Shown one piece after another: positions 26,844 to 35,893 of a stretch of 64,000 nt of DNA. The stretch comes from an uncultured Lachnospiraceae bacterium (GTDB lineage: Bacteria > Bacillota > Clostridia > Lachnospirales > Lachnospiraceae). Both the position numbers and the translations under genes were made by a program. The stretch is from NCBI GenBank assembly GCA_944380315.1, contig CALWHG010000006.1, positions 7,387-71,386 on the forward strand, read 5' to 3'. How positions within the stretch are numbered: position 1 is the stretch's first letter; every line of letters starts with the position of its first letter. The notes under the pieces are model-generated. The model ran no database searches, was not told the origin of the DNA, and worked only from the letters and a program-made list of their open reading frames with translations.

Positions 26844-27353
26844 TTGCATTTTTCCTTTTACACCGTGGACCCGGATTATTGCAGTTTTCTACGGCTATCA
26901 GATCCTCTGGTCCCACACAATATGGGTCACAAAGCCAAGCGACCATTTTTAGGCATAGTACTGACCATCAATGATTTTTCCTACTACGCTCCTCTTACTT
27001 CGCCTTAACCAAAGCATATCAAGATGAAGGACCAGATCGATTTTATCAAGATCAATGACGGTCACTGGGGTGCCATAAACCTCAACAACATGATCCCTGT
27101 TCCCCTCTGCTGTTTAAATAAGGTTCAAATCAGGATCAATAAAACTGACAGTCCTGAAGTACAAGCCTACAACAATCTGCTGACAAACCAACTATCCTGG
27201 TGCAATTCTCATCGAAGTCTCATATATGATCAGGCTAAGCTTCTATATGCTCTTATCACTCATCATAATGCTGACCCCAAACTACGATCACGCTGCTGTG
27301 ATTTTACCCTCGATGAGCAAAACTGTCTCTCCTTCTCCAGGCCTCAGTCCTGA
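26844..27353 (+). pseudogene. ToxN/AbiQ-family type III toxin (endoribonuclease) gene interrupted by one in-frame TAA at 27006-27008
   Basis: AGGAGG, 7 nt, then a TTG start. The continuous frame reads MHFSFYTVDPDYCSFL...RPFLGIVLTINDFSYYAPLTSP*PKHIKMKDQIDFIKINDGHWGAINLNNMIPV... It is about 169 codons in total and matches the AbiQ/ToxN pattern. Confidence 0.7.
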
Positions 27354-28711
27354 AGGTTGTATTTCTCCACCCTCCTGAAAATCTTCCTCAGCATGATCAC
27401 TGCGGCTACTGCCAGTATGGACTCAGCCACCAGCTGAGCATAGGCAAGGCCATAAAGCGGAAATACCATGTTGAGTATGATGAGTGCAGGTATCTCAAGT
27501 ATGATCTTACGGAGTATGGCAAATACCAGAGAATAATGTCCCATGCCCGTAGCCTGGAACACCGCCACTGCCAGGAAATCTATGCAGTGGAAGGGCAGCG
27601 CCGTACTGAAGCCTCTGAGAAATGCTGCTCCGTACTCCACCACCTCCGGATCCTTCATAAATGTGGCTATAAATGCGGATGGAAATGCTATGAACAGTAT
27701 GGCCAGCAGGGTAAGCGCTGAGACTGCGAGCTTTCCCGTAAACATGACCGTGCCCTTCATACGCCTTGCATTGCCGCTGGCATAATTGTAGCTGACCAGG
27801 GGCATGACTCCCTGGGAGAGCCCGTTGGATATGTTGTAGGGCACCTGATTGATCTTCTGGGCTATGCCGACCGCCGCCACCACGCTTGCTCCATATCCGG
27901 ATGCAAAATTGTTCAGTATGGTCATGCCGGTGACATTGAGAAGGTTCTGTATGGAGGCAGGTATGCCCACAGCACATACGCCCTTGACTATGCGCCTCTC
28001 AAAGCTCAGCCTCCTTATATCAAGACATACATAGGTGCGTCCCCGCCTGGCACATACCAGTATGAGGAAATACAGACAGGCCACACAGTTTGATATGAAG
28101 GTGGCAAGCCCTGCTCCCGCTGCTCCCATACCAAAGCCCCAGGGCAGTATAAATATGGGATCCAGTATCATGTTGAGTATGCAGCCGCTCATGGTGCCTA
28201 TGCTGGCATGCATGGCCGCACCCTCCGAGCGCACCAGATAGGCCATGACCACATTGAGTATGGACGGCATGGCGCCCACATTGACAGTCCAGAACATATA
28301 GCCCTTTGTGGCCTCGAGAGTGCTCTCATCTGCTCCGAGCATAGCAAGCAGCGGGCCCAGGAATACAGTACACAAAAGTGAAAATGCAAGCCCGCTTATG
28401 ATCGAGCACCAGAAGCCGAAGACCGAGCTCCTGGCCACCATGTCATAGTCCTTCCTGCCAAGGGCCCTGGACATCATGCTGGAGCTTCCCACTCCGAAAA
28501 GATTGTTGACTGCATTGAAGGCCAGCATGACCGGCGCCACCAATGTCACTCCCGCATTCTGCACCGGGTCTCCCAGCATGCCTACAAAAAATGTATCAGC
28601 CATGTTGTAGAGCACCATGACCAGCGAGCTGAGTATGGTAGGCACCGCAAGCTGCGCCACCGCTCCTGGTATGGGCTTCCTCTCAAAAAGCTCTGTGCGA
28701 TCCTCTCCCAC
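27344..28711 (-). CDS. MATE family efflux transporter
   Basis: 455 aa with a GTG start. LAVPTILSSLVMVLYNMADTFFVGMLG and a 12-TM layout. Confidence 0.88.
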   Translation of the reverse strand: MGEDRTELFERKPIPGAVAQLAVPTILSSLVMVLYNMADTFFVGMLGDPVQNAGVTLVAPVMLAFNAVNNLFGVGSSSMMSRALGRKDYDMVARSSVFGFWCSIISGLAFSLLCTVFLGPLLAMLGADESTLEATKGYMFWTVNVGAMPSILNVVMAYLVRSEGAAMHASIGTMSGCILNMILDPIFILPWGFGMGAAGAGLATFISNCVACLYFLILVCARRGRTYVCLDIRRLSFERRIVKGVCAVGIPASIQNLLNVTGMTILNNFASGYGASVVAAVGIAQKINQVPYNISNGLSQGVMPLVSYNYASGNARRMKGTVMFTGKLAVSALTLLAILFIAFPSAFIATFMKDPEVVEYGAAFLRGFSTALPFHCIDFLAVAVFQATGMGHYSLVFAILRKIILEIPALIILNMVFPLYGLAYAQLVAESILAVAAVIMLRKIFRRVEKYNLQD

Positions 28712-28749
28712 TGTATATCATCTCCCCTTAAAAGTAATATCTATGTAAA

Positions 28750-28778
28750 ACTATAATTTGATTCTATGACAATGTCAA
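28750..28778 (-). promoter_or_regulatory. Sigma-70-type promoter of the MATE gene
   Basis: The minus strand reads TTGACA, a 17-nt spacer, then TATAGT. Confidence 0.5.
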
Positions 28779-28792
28779 ATATGATCACATTG

Positions 28793-28801
28793 TGGTAAAA
28801 T
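28793..28801 (+). promoter_or_regulatory. Extended -10 element (TGgTAAAAT) for yggS
   Basis: TGGTAAAAT lies about 40 nt upstream of ATG 28841. Confidence 0.3.
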
Positions 28802-28840
28802 CGATCTATGGATGATATCAGACGCAGAGGTAACGAAAGC

Positions 28841-29548
28841 ATGTATATAAAAGACAACATAGAAGCAGTAAAGCAAAGGATGCAGCAGGCCTTAGAAAAA
28901 GCAGGAAGGAGCCCTCAGGATGTCAGGCTCATAGCCGTATCAAAGACCAAGCCCATAGAGGACATCAGGACTGCCGCAGCCTGCGGCATGACTGACTTCG
29001 GGGAAAACTATGTCCAGGAGATAGAGGGAAAATATCCTCTCATGCCTGAAGGCTGCCGCATACACATGATAGGCCATCTTCAGACAAACAAGGTCAGGAA
29101 GGTCATCGACAAAGTATGCATGATACACAGCGTAGATTCGCTGCACCTTGCGGAGGCCATATCAAAGGAGGCTGTGAAGCGTGACCTATCCATGGACATC
29201 CTCCTGGAGGTCAATATAGGTGACGAGCCCTCCAAGTTCGGCTTTGCTCCCTCGGAGCTCATAAGCAAAGCCCTTGCCATATCAGGGCTTCCCGGTATAA
29301 ATATTAAAGGCCTCATGACCTCCGCACCCATCACTGAGGATCCAGAGACCAACAGGCCCTATTTCAGACATATGAAGGAGCTCCTTATAGAACTTCGAAG
29401 CAGGCTTTCAGAGGCAGGCATCCCTGAAGACAAGCTCCCCACAGAGCTTTCCATGGGCATGACCGGCGACTATATACCCGCCATAGAGGAAGGTGCCACT
29501 ATGATAAGAGTGGGGACCGCCATATTCGGTCCCCGAAACTATAAATAA
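28841..29548 (+). CDS. yggS: YggS/YlmE-family pyridoxal-5'-phosphate homeostasis protein
   Basis: RLIAVSKTKP (PLP lysine) and MGMTGDY. Start moved from 28808 to ATG 28841 (GAGG RBS, family-typical N-terminus). Confidence 0.85.
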   Translation: MYIKDNIEAVKQRMQQALEKAGRSPQDVRLIAVSKTKPIEDIRTAAACGMTDFGENYVQEIEGKYPLMPEGCRIHMIGHLQTNKVRKVIDKVCMIHSVDSLHLAEAISKEAVKRDLSMDILLEVNIGDEPSKFGFAPSELISKALAISGLPGINIKGLMTSAPITEDPETNRPYFRHMKELLIELRSRLSEAGIPEDKLPTELSMGMTGDYIPAIEEGATMIRVGTAIFGPRNYK

Positions 29549-29572
29549 TATATGATGGATATAATCGCCTCT

Positions 29573-31486
29573 TTATTCATCCATGAGATGATCCGCAGCT
29601 ATACCGAATTTTTTTATCCTTCTCCAGAGAGTCGTCTGGCTCATGCCAAGCTCTCTGGCGGCAAGCTGCCTGTTGCCATGATATCTTGAAAGGACTTCAG
29701 CTATCCTCCGGCTTTCAGGATCCCTGTATACCACCAGTCGTTCCTTTCCATCGGGGCCACTGCCTGTGTCGGGATAGAGCTCCTCATATATCCTCTGGAT
29801 CGTCCCCTCATCTGCCGCATGCTTTTTAAGAGTCAGCACCAGATTTTCACAAAAGCCTCTGACCTGTATGATGTTTCCATTCCAATCAAAGCTGCATAGC
29901 TTTTCATATCCCCCATCCGTGATGCGGAAATGTCTGTTGTACTCCATCTGAAAACGCTTCAGATACTTTTCGATATAATTTCTCAGATCCTCCTGCCGTT
30001 TTGAAAGTCCCGGTATCTCAAGATCCAGACCTCTCAGCATATGGCAGAGCTCCACATCCATGGCCCCGGAGCATACAAGCAAGGCTGGTTCCCGGGATGT
30101 GGAGGCTATGATGCGCATGTCGCTTCCATAAGAGATATCAAGTTCCTCCATGGCCGGATGTCTCCGGCTTATCAAAGCCGCCAGCCGTCTTTGAAGCATC
30201 AGGTCCATCCTTTCCACGTTCCTTATATAGATCGTCCCACGCTTGAATCTCACGGCTATCCCAAGGTAGCTCTCTCCTGAGCCATCATCCTTACCATGAG
30301 CTCCAAAGATGATCCGTCCCTGCTCCCAGGCATCAATGGTACCCATATCCACAAAGAAAAACGGTCCTGATCTCCGCCTAGAATTGTTGTGGATCGCTGA
30401 AGCCAGCTCTATGTCCTCCAACCCTGGTCCCGCCTTGATCAGTATGGGGCTGTCCGATACGGCAAAGGTCCTGGCCCTTTCCAGGCAGCTCTTCATCGTC
30501 CTACTCTCTGCAGATATATCCTCAAATCTATAGCTCAGCCTGTTTGCATAGGGCTCCTCCTTCACACCTCTTCTGCTTTGAGAAAGCCTGCTTATGGATA
30601 TGACCGCACCATCCGGTGCTTCTCCATATATTATGGGTGTCATCGAGACCATATACGACCGTTCATCCACCTCTACGGTCGTCATACAGCTCTCAGTGCT
30701 TCCCTCCAGCACGTCCCTCAGCATAGACATGGGGATATATGGAAATGTCTCTGCCACCGGTCTTCCAACAGTATCATCTCCATCCTCCGCATCAGCCAGC
30801 CTTTCTGCATTTTTATTAAGCGCCGTTATCTTTCCATCCTTATCAATCTGGATAATGGCTGAAAACGAAGCATCCATAAGATCCTTGAGCTGGACTGCAT
30901 CCTCCCTCTCCTTCTTTATGGCATACGCCATACGCACTGCAGATCTGACCGCACCCCTTATGGATTCGGAGGTCGAGGAATAATATACGGAAGGTATGCC
31001 AGCCTTCAGTGCATTGCGACATATGGTCTCGCCTGCTATGAGCACATCGCATTTAAGCTCCCCAAATCTTTTTACTACCTCATCGACTTCTCTTATATCA
31101 TTAAGGAACATGACGCTCAGCTTTACGGAAAACAGCTCCTCAAGCTTCGACATGTCTCCCAGCATGTTTTCAAAGGCTGCCAGCAGTATGTGAGGCTTTC
31201 TTTTTCTCGATATGCTCTTTGCCTTCTGAAGCAGCAGGCCCAGCTCCTGAGTGACCAGCTTCATCTCCACCATGGGAGTATCCATATGCTGACGTATGAG
31301 CATGGCCTGATGGCCTCTGGCTATAAGTATGTCTGCTCCTGCATCGACAGCTCTCTCAGCCTGAGACACCGCATCATAGGAATGGGTCCTCCCTACATAC
31401 GCTATCTCAAGCCCCTCCTCAGCCGCTATCCATTTTGCATCTTCTATCATGTCCTCATGAGGAAGAAGGAATCCTGCCTTGACCAT
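29573..31486 (-). CDS. PrpR_N / PAS / degenerate sigma-54-activator-like AAA+ / Fis-type HTH transcriptional regulator
   Basis: The domain order is readable in the translation. The AAA+ core lacks Walker A (AGPGLEDIE instead of GESGTGKE), GAFTGA, and Walker B (IYIRNV instead of LFLDEI). C-terminal HTH: AARELGMSQTTLWRRIKKFGI. Start trimmed to ATG 31486 (GGAGGAG RBS). Confidence 0.75.
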   Translation of the reverse strand: MVKAGFLLPHEDMIEDAKWIAAEEGLEIAYVGRTHSYDAVSQAERAVDAGADILIARGHQAMLIRQHMDTPMVEMKLVTQELGLLLQKAKSISRKRKPHILLAAFENMLGDMSKLEELFSVKLSVMFLNDIREVDEVVKRFGELKCDVLIAGETICRNALKAGIPSVYYSSTSESIRGAVRSAVRMAYAIKKEREDAVQLKDLMDASFSAIIQIDKDGKITALNKNAERLADAEDGDDTVGRPVAETFPYIPMSMLRDVLEGSTESCMTTVEVDERSYMVSMTPIIYGEAPDGAVISISRLSQSRRGVKEEPYANRLSYRFEDISAESRTMKSCLERARTFAVSDSPILIKAGPGLEDIELASAIHNNSRRRSGPFFFVDMGTIDAWEQGRIIFGAHGKDDGSGESYLGIAVRFKRGTIYIRNVERMDLMLQRRLAALISRRHPAMEELDISYGSDMRIIASTSREPALLVCSGAMDVELCHMLRGLDLEIPGLSKRQEDLRNYIEKYLKRFQMEYNRHFRITDGGYEKLCSFDWNGNIIQVRGFCENLVLTLKKHAADEGTIQRIYEELYPDTGSGPDGKERLVVYRDPESRRIAEVLSRYHGNRQLAARELGMSQTTLWRRIKKFGIAADHLMDE

Positions 31487-31572
31487 AAGCTCCTCCAAAA
31501 ACAGATCCTGCCGAAGCCATGAGACTCCGGCAGGACCCAAACGATCTTCTATTTCATGTTTTATCAGAAAAC

Positions 31573-32547
31573 TTACCTTTTGCCAAGCTCCTTCTCAGCC
31601 GCATACATGAGTCCCTTCATGTATCCTGTGGAGTATGCAAAGGATCCGGGCATGCCGCCAAAGCCCTCCATGGGCCTGAACGCATGATCTATGGAGATCA
31701 CTGCAGTGCAGTCACAGGCCACGAACTGCTTCATGATGGCATACATGTCTGCATATCCATCCTCTGCAAGGGTCTCCTCAAATACGGGAAGGGTATTGCT
31801 TACGTTCCTGAAGTGTATGCAAAGGATGCGGTCATCGGCACAGAACTCCTTTATGTCCGCCATGATGTCTCCGAAGGCATCGCCGGCCTCGAGCCAGCAG
31901 CCTGTGCAGAGCTTCATGCCCAGGGCCTTGCTTCCGTGGGCTGCCTTTATGGCCTTCCTGTAGCACTCTGTGTTGTAGATCAGGCTGGGTATGCCCGCCA
32001 TGCATGCAAGCGGGGGATCGTTGGGATGGAGTGCCATCCTTACTCCGGTCTCCTCTGCCACGGGGATGACCTTGTCCATGAAGTACTGGAAGTTCTCCCA
32101 GATCTCCTCATCGGTATAGGCTCTCTCCTCTGCATTGGGACGGGCCATGATCTCCTCCTGGTCGCAGAACATGGCTACTCCACCTCTGGTATGCTCTCCT
32201 ACCTTATTTGCCGTACGAAGTATGCCATGGGGCTGCCATGCTATGGAGGTGAACTCTATGCCGGCCTTGCCCATGACATAGAGCATGTCGTTGAAGCGCT
32301 TGATCTGCTCGTCCCTGTCGGGAAGGGCCAGGTGTATGCTCCTGTTCTTCTGGAGCTCATTGCAGGCTGCATCTGATACGGTGAGTCCAAACTTAGCAAG
32401 CCTGTCCTGCTGCTCCTTTATCTTCTCATATGTAAGCTCCTCAGGCTTCAGCATGAGGCTTACATACTCTATGCCCATCTGCTGGATGAACCTGAGTGCA
32501 TCGTCTGTATCCCTTGTGGTTACGGGGATCTGAGGTCTCATTGACAT
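31573..32547 (-). CDS. Mannonate dehydratase (UxuA)-family protein, short variant
   Basis: FMDKVIPVAEETGVRMALHPNDPP, CTGCW, ILCIHFRNV and GYADMYAIMKQF align with E. coli UxuA blocks. The UxuA N-terminal WRWYGP block is absent. Confidence 0.65.
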   Translation of the reverse strand: MSMRPQIPVTTRDTDDALRFIQQMGIEYVSLMLKPEELTYEKIKEQQDRLAKFGLTVSDAACNELQKNRSIHLALPDRDEQIKRFNDMLYVMGKAGIEFTSIAWQPHGILRTANKVGEHTRGGVAMFCDQEEIMARPNAEERAYTDEEIWENFQYFMDKVIPVAEETGVRMALHPNDPPLACMAGIPSLIYNTECYRKAIKAAHGSKALGMKLCTGCWLEAGDAFGDIMADIKEFCADDRILCIHFRNVSNTLPVFEETLAEDGYADMYAIMKQFVACDCTAVISIDHAFRPMEGFGGMPGSFAYSTGYMKGLMYAAEKELGKR

Positions 32548-32635
32548 GATTTTACTCCTTATATAAAAAATATGACATGGCGGACGGTATCTTTTATGAT
32601 ATCCGTCCGTCGGTGCAAACTTAAGCCTTCAGTCC

Positions 32636-33916
32636 TCAGCCATAGATCGGGAATACGAAGTTGGCTGAAAGCACTATGGCTACTATGGCTATGACCAGGA
32701 ACGGCAGACAGTATCTGAGCGTCTGGGTTATCTTATATCCTCCGGCACCATAGGCGATACCGCAGGCAGGAGAGCCTGAAGGGAAGGCTATGGCTATGTT
32801 GGAGCAGAAGTATACTACAAGCACTACTCCTCTGGGATCCCAGCCTGCTGCTATACAGGTGGAAGCAGCTATGGGGATCAGTACATTCTTGGTAGCAGCA
32901 TTTGACATGAAGGTAGTCATGATGGTGGTGATGATTGCAAATACGAAGAGTACCATCATACCACTGGGATTACCGCCAAGGATATTGAGCACCAGCTGTC
33001 CTACCAGGTCACCGGCACCGGTATCACCAAGGGCATTTGCCATGGTAAGAACTCCGGCTACCATCCATACTGCATCCTGAGTAAGGGCCTTAATGGTCTC
33101 CTCTGTGCTCATGACCTTAGTGATCATCAGCACCATTACACCTATGGCAGGGATGACATACATAAGGTTGCCTATCTGTGTACCAAAGAACAAGGAAAGC
33201 ATGACTATGGCAAATATGGCATAGATGATGGTCTCGTCTCTCTTTGATATGGCTGCCTTCTTCTTTGTCTCGTGGATGTCGGAGCCGCTGAAGTTTGACT
33301 TCTTGGGCATCAGCTTATATCCAAATACTGCATATACTGTACAAAGTATGCAGGGTATCACCGCTACCTTGAAATAATCGAAGATACCAAGGAGCTGGGA
33401 CTGGTCTGTGATCATACCCTCATAGAAGGCATTGTTGGTTATGAAGCTCGTGGAGCCAAGTCCGAGAGGAAGCACTGCGCACCATGCGCTCAGCACACTA
33501 AGTGCAGGAATAGTGATGGTGGTGGGAGTGATGTCTCCACTCTGTCCTATGGTCATGATGAATACCAGAGTTACGGTCATCATGGCCGTGGTAGGAAGGA
33601 AGGCTGCCAGTATGGCTATGAAGAAGAACATAACTGCCAGCAGAGCATATCCGCTCTTGCCCTTCATGGCCATCATCTGATCCTGTATCTTCTGGATCAG
33701 GCTGGTCTTTGAAAATGCCGCACTCATGACGAACATGGGAGCTACCAGCACGATGTTCTGGCTTCCCAGATTTGCAAACGCCTGAGCGGGAGTATAGATA
33801 CCTGTAACTACCAAAAGCGCACAGCACATCATAGCTGTGAGTCCGAAGGGCCATTTGTGAACTATGAAGCTTATGATCATGAACACAAGTATGGCAAGTA
33901 CAATGTAAAGTTCCAT
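32636..33916 (-). CDS. DASS/SLC13 (CitT/ArsB-superfamily) anion transporter
   Basis: Polytopic about 426-aa protein. Start trimmed to ATG 33916 (AGGGGG RBS; MELYIVLAILVF...). Confidence 0.65.
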   Translation of the reverse strand: MELYIVLAILVFMIISFIVHKWPFGLTAMMCCALLVVTGIYTPAQAFANLGSQNIVLVAPMFVMSAAFSKTSLIQKIQDQMMAMKGKSGYALLAVMFFFIAILAAFLPTTAMMTVTLVFIMTIGQSGDITPTTITIPALSVLSAWCAVLPLGLGSTSFITNNAFYEGMITDQSQLLGIFDYFKVAVIPCILCTVYAVFGYKLMPKKSNFSGSDIHETKKKAAISKRDETIIYAIFAIVMLSLFFGTQIGNLMYVIPAIGVMVLMITKVMSTEETIKALTQDAVWMVAGVLTMANALGDTGAGDLVGQLVLNILGGNPSGMMVLFVFAIITTIMTTFMSNAATKNVLIPIAASTCIAAGWDPRGVVLVVYFCSNIAIAFPSGSPACGIAYGAGGYKITQTLRYCLPFLVIAIVAIVLSANFVFPIYG

Positions 33917-34015
33917 ATTTACCCCCTGTAAAACTATTTTTTGCATCTTACGATGCTTTTTCATACGATAATAAGGATAATACTTTACAAAGGCCCGATT
34001 CAATACTCATAATTT

Positions 34016-34050
34016 ACAAAAAAACAGGGCTTTCTGTGTCAAGAAAGCCC
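34016..34050 (-). terminator. Rho-independent terminator after the ABC-F gene
   Basis: On the minus strand, GGGCTTTC-ttgacaca-GAAAGCCC is followed by TGTTTTTTTG. Confidence 0.7.
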
Positions 34051-34109
34051 AAAATTTCAATATATGAAATATTTATTTCATTATTTTTCACATCGTTTAT
34101 ACGATGGGA

Positions 34110-35747
34110 TCAATTATCATTTGCATCATCGCCCGTCAGGGTGAAGGTGAAGCTCTTCCTTGCCTGCTCATCGGCTGCAAGATACTCATCATAGGTGGTC
34201 ATCTTGTCTATGAGGCTGCCGTCACGGATCTCCATGATGCGGTTTGCCGTGGTCTCCACCACCTGATGGTCCCTGGATGAGAAAATGAGCACTCCCGGGA
34301 ATTTGATGAGAGCGTTGTTGAGAGCCGATATGGACTCCATGTCCAGATGGTCCGTAGGCTCATCGAGTATGAGCACATTTGCTCCGCTGATCATCATCTT
34401 TGACAGCATGCAGCGGACTCTCTCTCCTCCGGAAAGCACATTTACATGCTTCATGCCGTCATCTCCTGCAAAGAGCATGCGTCCCAGGAAGCCTCTCACA
34501 TAGGTCACATCCTTTTCAGGGCTGTACTGCATGAGCCACTCATATATGGTATCCTCGGAATCAAACTCATGAGAGTTATCCTTGGGGAAATAGGCCTGGG
34601 ACGTGGTTATGCCCCACTTGTAGTCTCCCTCATCCGGCTCCATCTCTCCCATAAGTATCTTGAAGAGCGTGGTCTTGGCCAGCTCGTTGGGTCCGACCAG
34701 CGCCACCTTGTCCTCTCTGCCAAGTATGAAGCTGATATTGTCCAGCACCTTGACCCCGTCTATGGTCTTGGAAAGGTTGGTGACTGTCAGCACCTCATTT
34801 CCTATCTCGCGGTTCGGCTTGAAATCTATATAAGGATACTTGCGGCTCGAGGGCTTTATCTCCTCAAGCTCTATCTTTTCCAGGGCCCTCTTACGGGAGG
34901 TAGCCTGCCTGGACTTGGAGGCATTTGCAGAGAAGCGGGCTATGAACTCCTTGAGCTCCTTGATCTGCTCCTCCTTCTTTCTGTTGGCCTCCTTCATCTG
35001 ACGAATCATGAGCTGGGATGACTCCACCCAGAAATCATAGTTTCCCGCATAGAGCTGTATCTTGCCATAGTCTATGTCTGCTATGGAGGTGCATACCTTA
35101 TTGAGGAAATATCTGTCATGGGACACGGTTATGACCGTGTTGTCAAAATTGATCAGGAACTCCTCAAGCCAGGCTATGGCGTCCAGGTCCAGATGGTTGG
35201 TAGGCTCGTCCAGGAGCAGAATGTCCGGATTGCCGAACAGAGCCTTCGCAAGCAATACCTTGACCTTCATGGGGCCCCGAAGGCTGCCCATCATGTCATA
35301 GTGATGCTCCACCGGCACGCCGAGACCCTCCAGCAGGGATGCGGCATCCGCATCGGCTTCCCAGCCTCCCAGCTCTGCAAACTCAGCCTCAAGCTCTGCA
35401 GCCTTTATGCCATCCTCATCGGAAAAGTCCTCCTTGGCATAGATGGCATCCTTTTCCTTCATGATATCGTAGAGGCGCTTGTTGCCCATTATGACAGTGT
35501 CGAGCACCGTATATGCATCATATTTGAACTGATCCTGCTCCAGGAAGGACAGCCTCTGGTTCTTTGATATGACCACCTCGCCCGAGGTAGGCTCCAGCTG
35601 ACCCGAAAGTATCTTGAGGAATGTAGATTTTCCTGCACCGTTGGCTCCTATGAGCCCGTAGCAGTTGCCTTCTGTAAATTTGATATTTACGTCTTCAAAT
35701 AATGCCTTCTTGCCTACACGAAATGTAAGGTTCGATGTGGATATCAT
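34110..35747 (-). CDS. ABC-F family ATPase (YbiT/YkpA-like, soluble tandem NBD)
   Basis: 545 aa. Two NBDs (GANGAGKST, LLLDEPTNHLD; second LILDEPTDHLD) and no TM segments. The N-terminus closely parallels E. coli YbiT. Confidence 0.88.
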   Translation of the reverse strand: MISTSNLTFRVGKKALFEDVNIKFTEGNCYGLIGANGAGKSTFLKILSGQLEPTSGEVVISKNQRLSFLEQDQFKYDAYTVLDTVIMGNKRLYDIMKEKDAIYAKEDFSDEDGIKAAELEAEFAELGGWEADADAASLLEGLGVPVEHHYDMMGSLRGPMKVKVLLAKALFGNPDILLLDEPTNHLDLDAIAWLEEFLINFDNTVITVSHDRYFLNKVCTSIADIDYGKIQLYAGNYDFWVESSQLMIRQMKEANRKKEEQIKELKEFIARFSANASKSRQATSRKRALEKIELEEIKPSSRKYPYIDFKPNREIGNEVLTVTNLSKTIDGVKVLDNISFILGREDKVALVGPNELAKTTLFKILMGEMEPDEGDYKWGITTSQAYFPKDNSHEFDSEDTIYEWLMQYSPEKDVTYVRGFLGRMLFAGDDGMKHVNVLSGGERVRCMLSKMMISGANVLILDEPTDHLDMESISALNNALIKFPGVLIFSSRDHQVVETTANRIMEIRDGSLIDKMTTYDEYLAADEQARKSFTFTLTGDDANDN

Positions 35748-35893
35748 TAAGCCTTCCTTTCTGACAGTCCAAATGTCAAATCCTGTGTCTGTCGCCTGTG
35801 GCGCAGCTCCAAAGCTCCCATGAGCTTCGCAACGGCTACAATTATACCTGAGGGCGCAGAAAAATGCTACTATAAAAATAGGGTTTTAAGGCA

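Noticed and set aside
33917-34015. A sigma-54 (-24/-12) promoter for the DASS/UxuA-like genes, and a GCATC-N4-GATGC mini-palindrome at 33943-33956.
   Set aside because: No TGGCA-N6-TTGC-like element is present. The palindrome has only 5-bp arms flanked by A/T runs, which is too weak to call an operator or a terminator.
34110-35747. The ABC-F protein as an antibiotic-resistance (ARE) factor with a regulatory leader. Alternative AGCTC/GAGCT pairings occur in the 5' UTR at 35790-35835.
   Set aside because: The N-terminal sequence parallels housekeeping YbiT/YkpA rather than the ARE subfamilies I recall. I found no leader peptide ORF and no terminator in the UTR.
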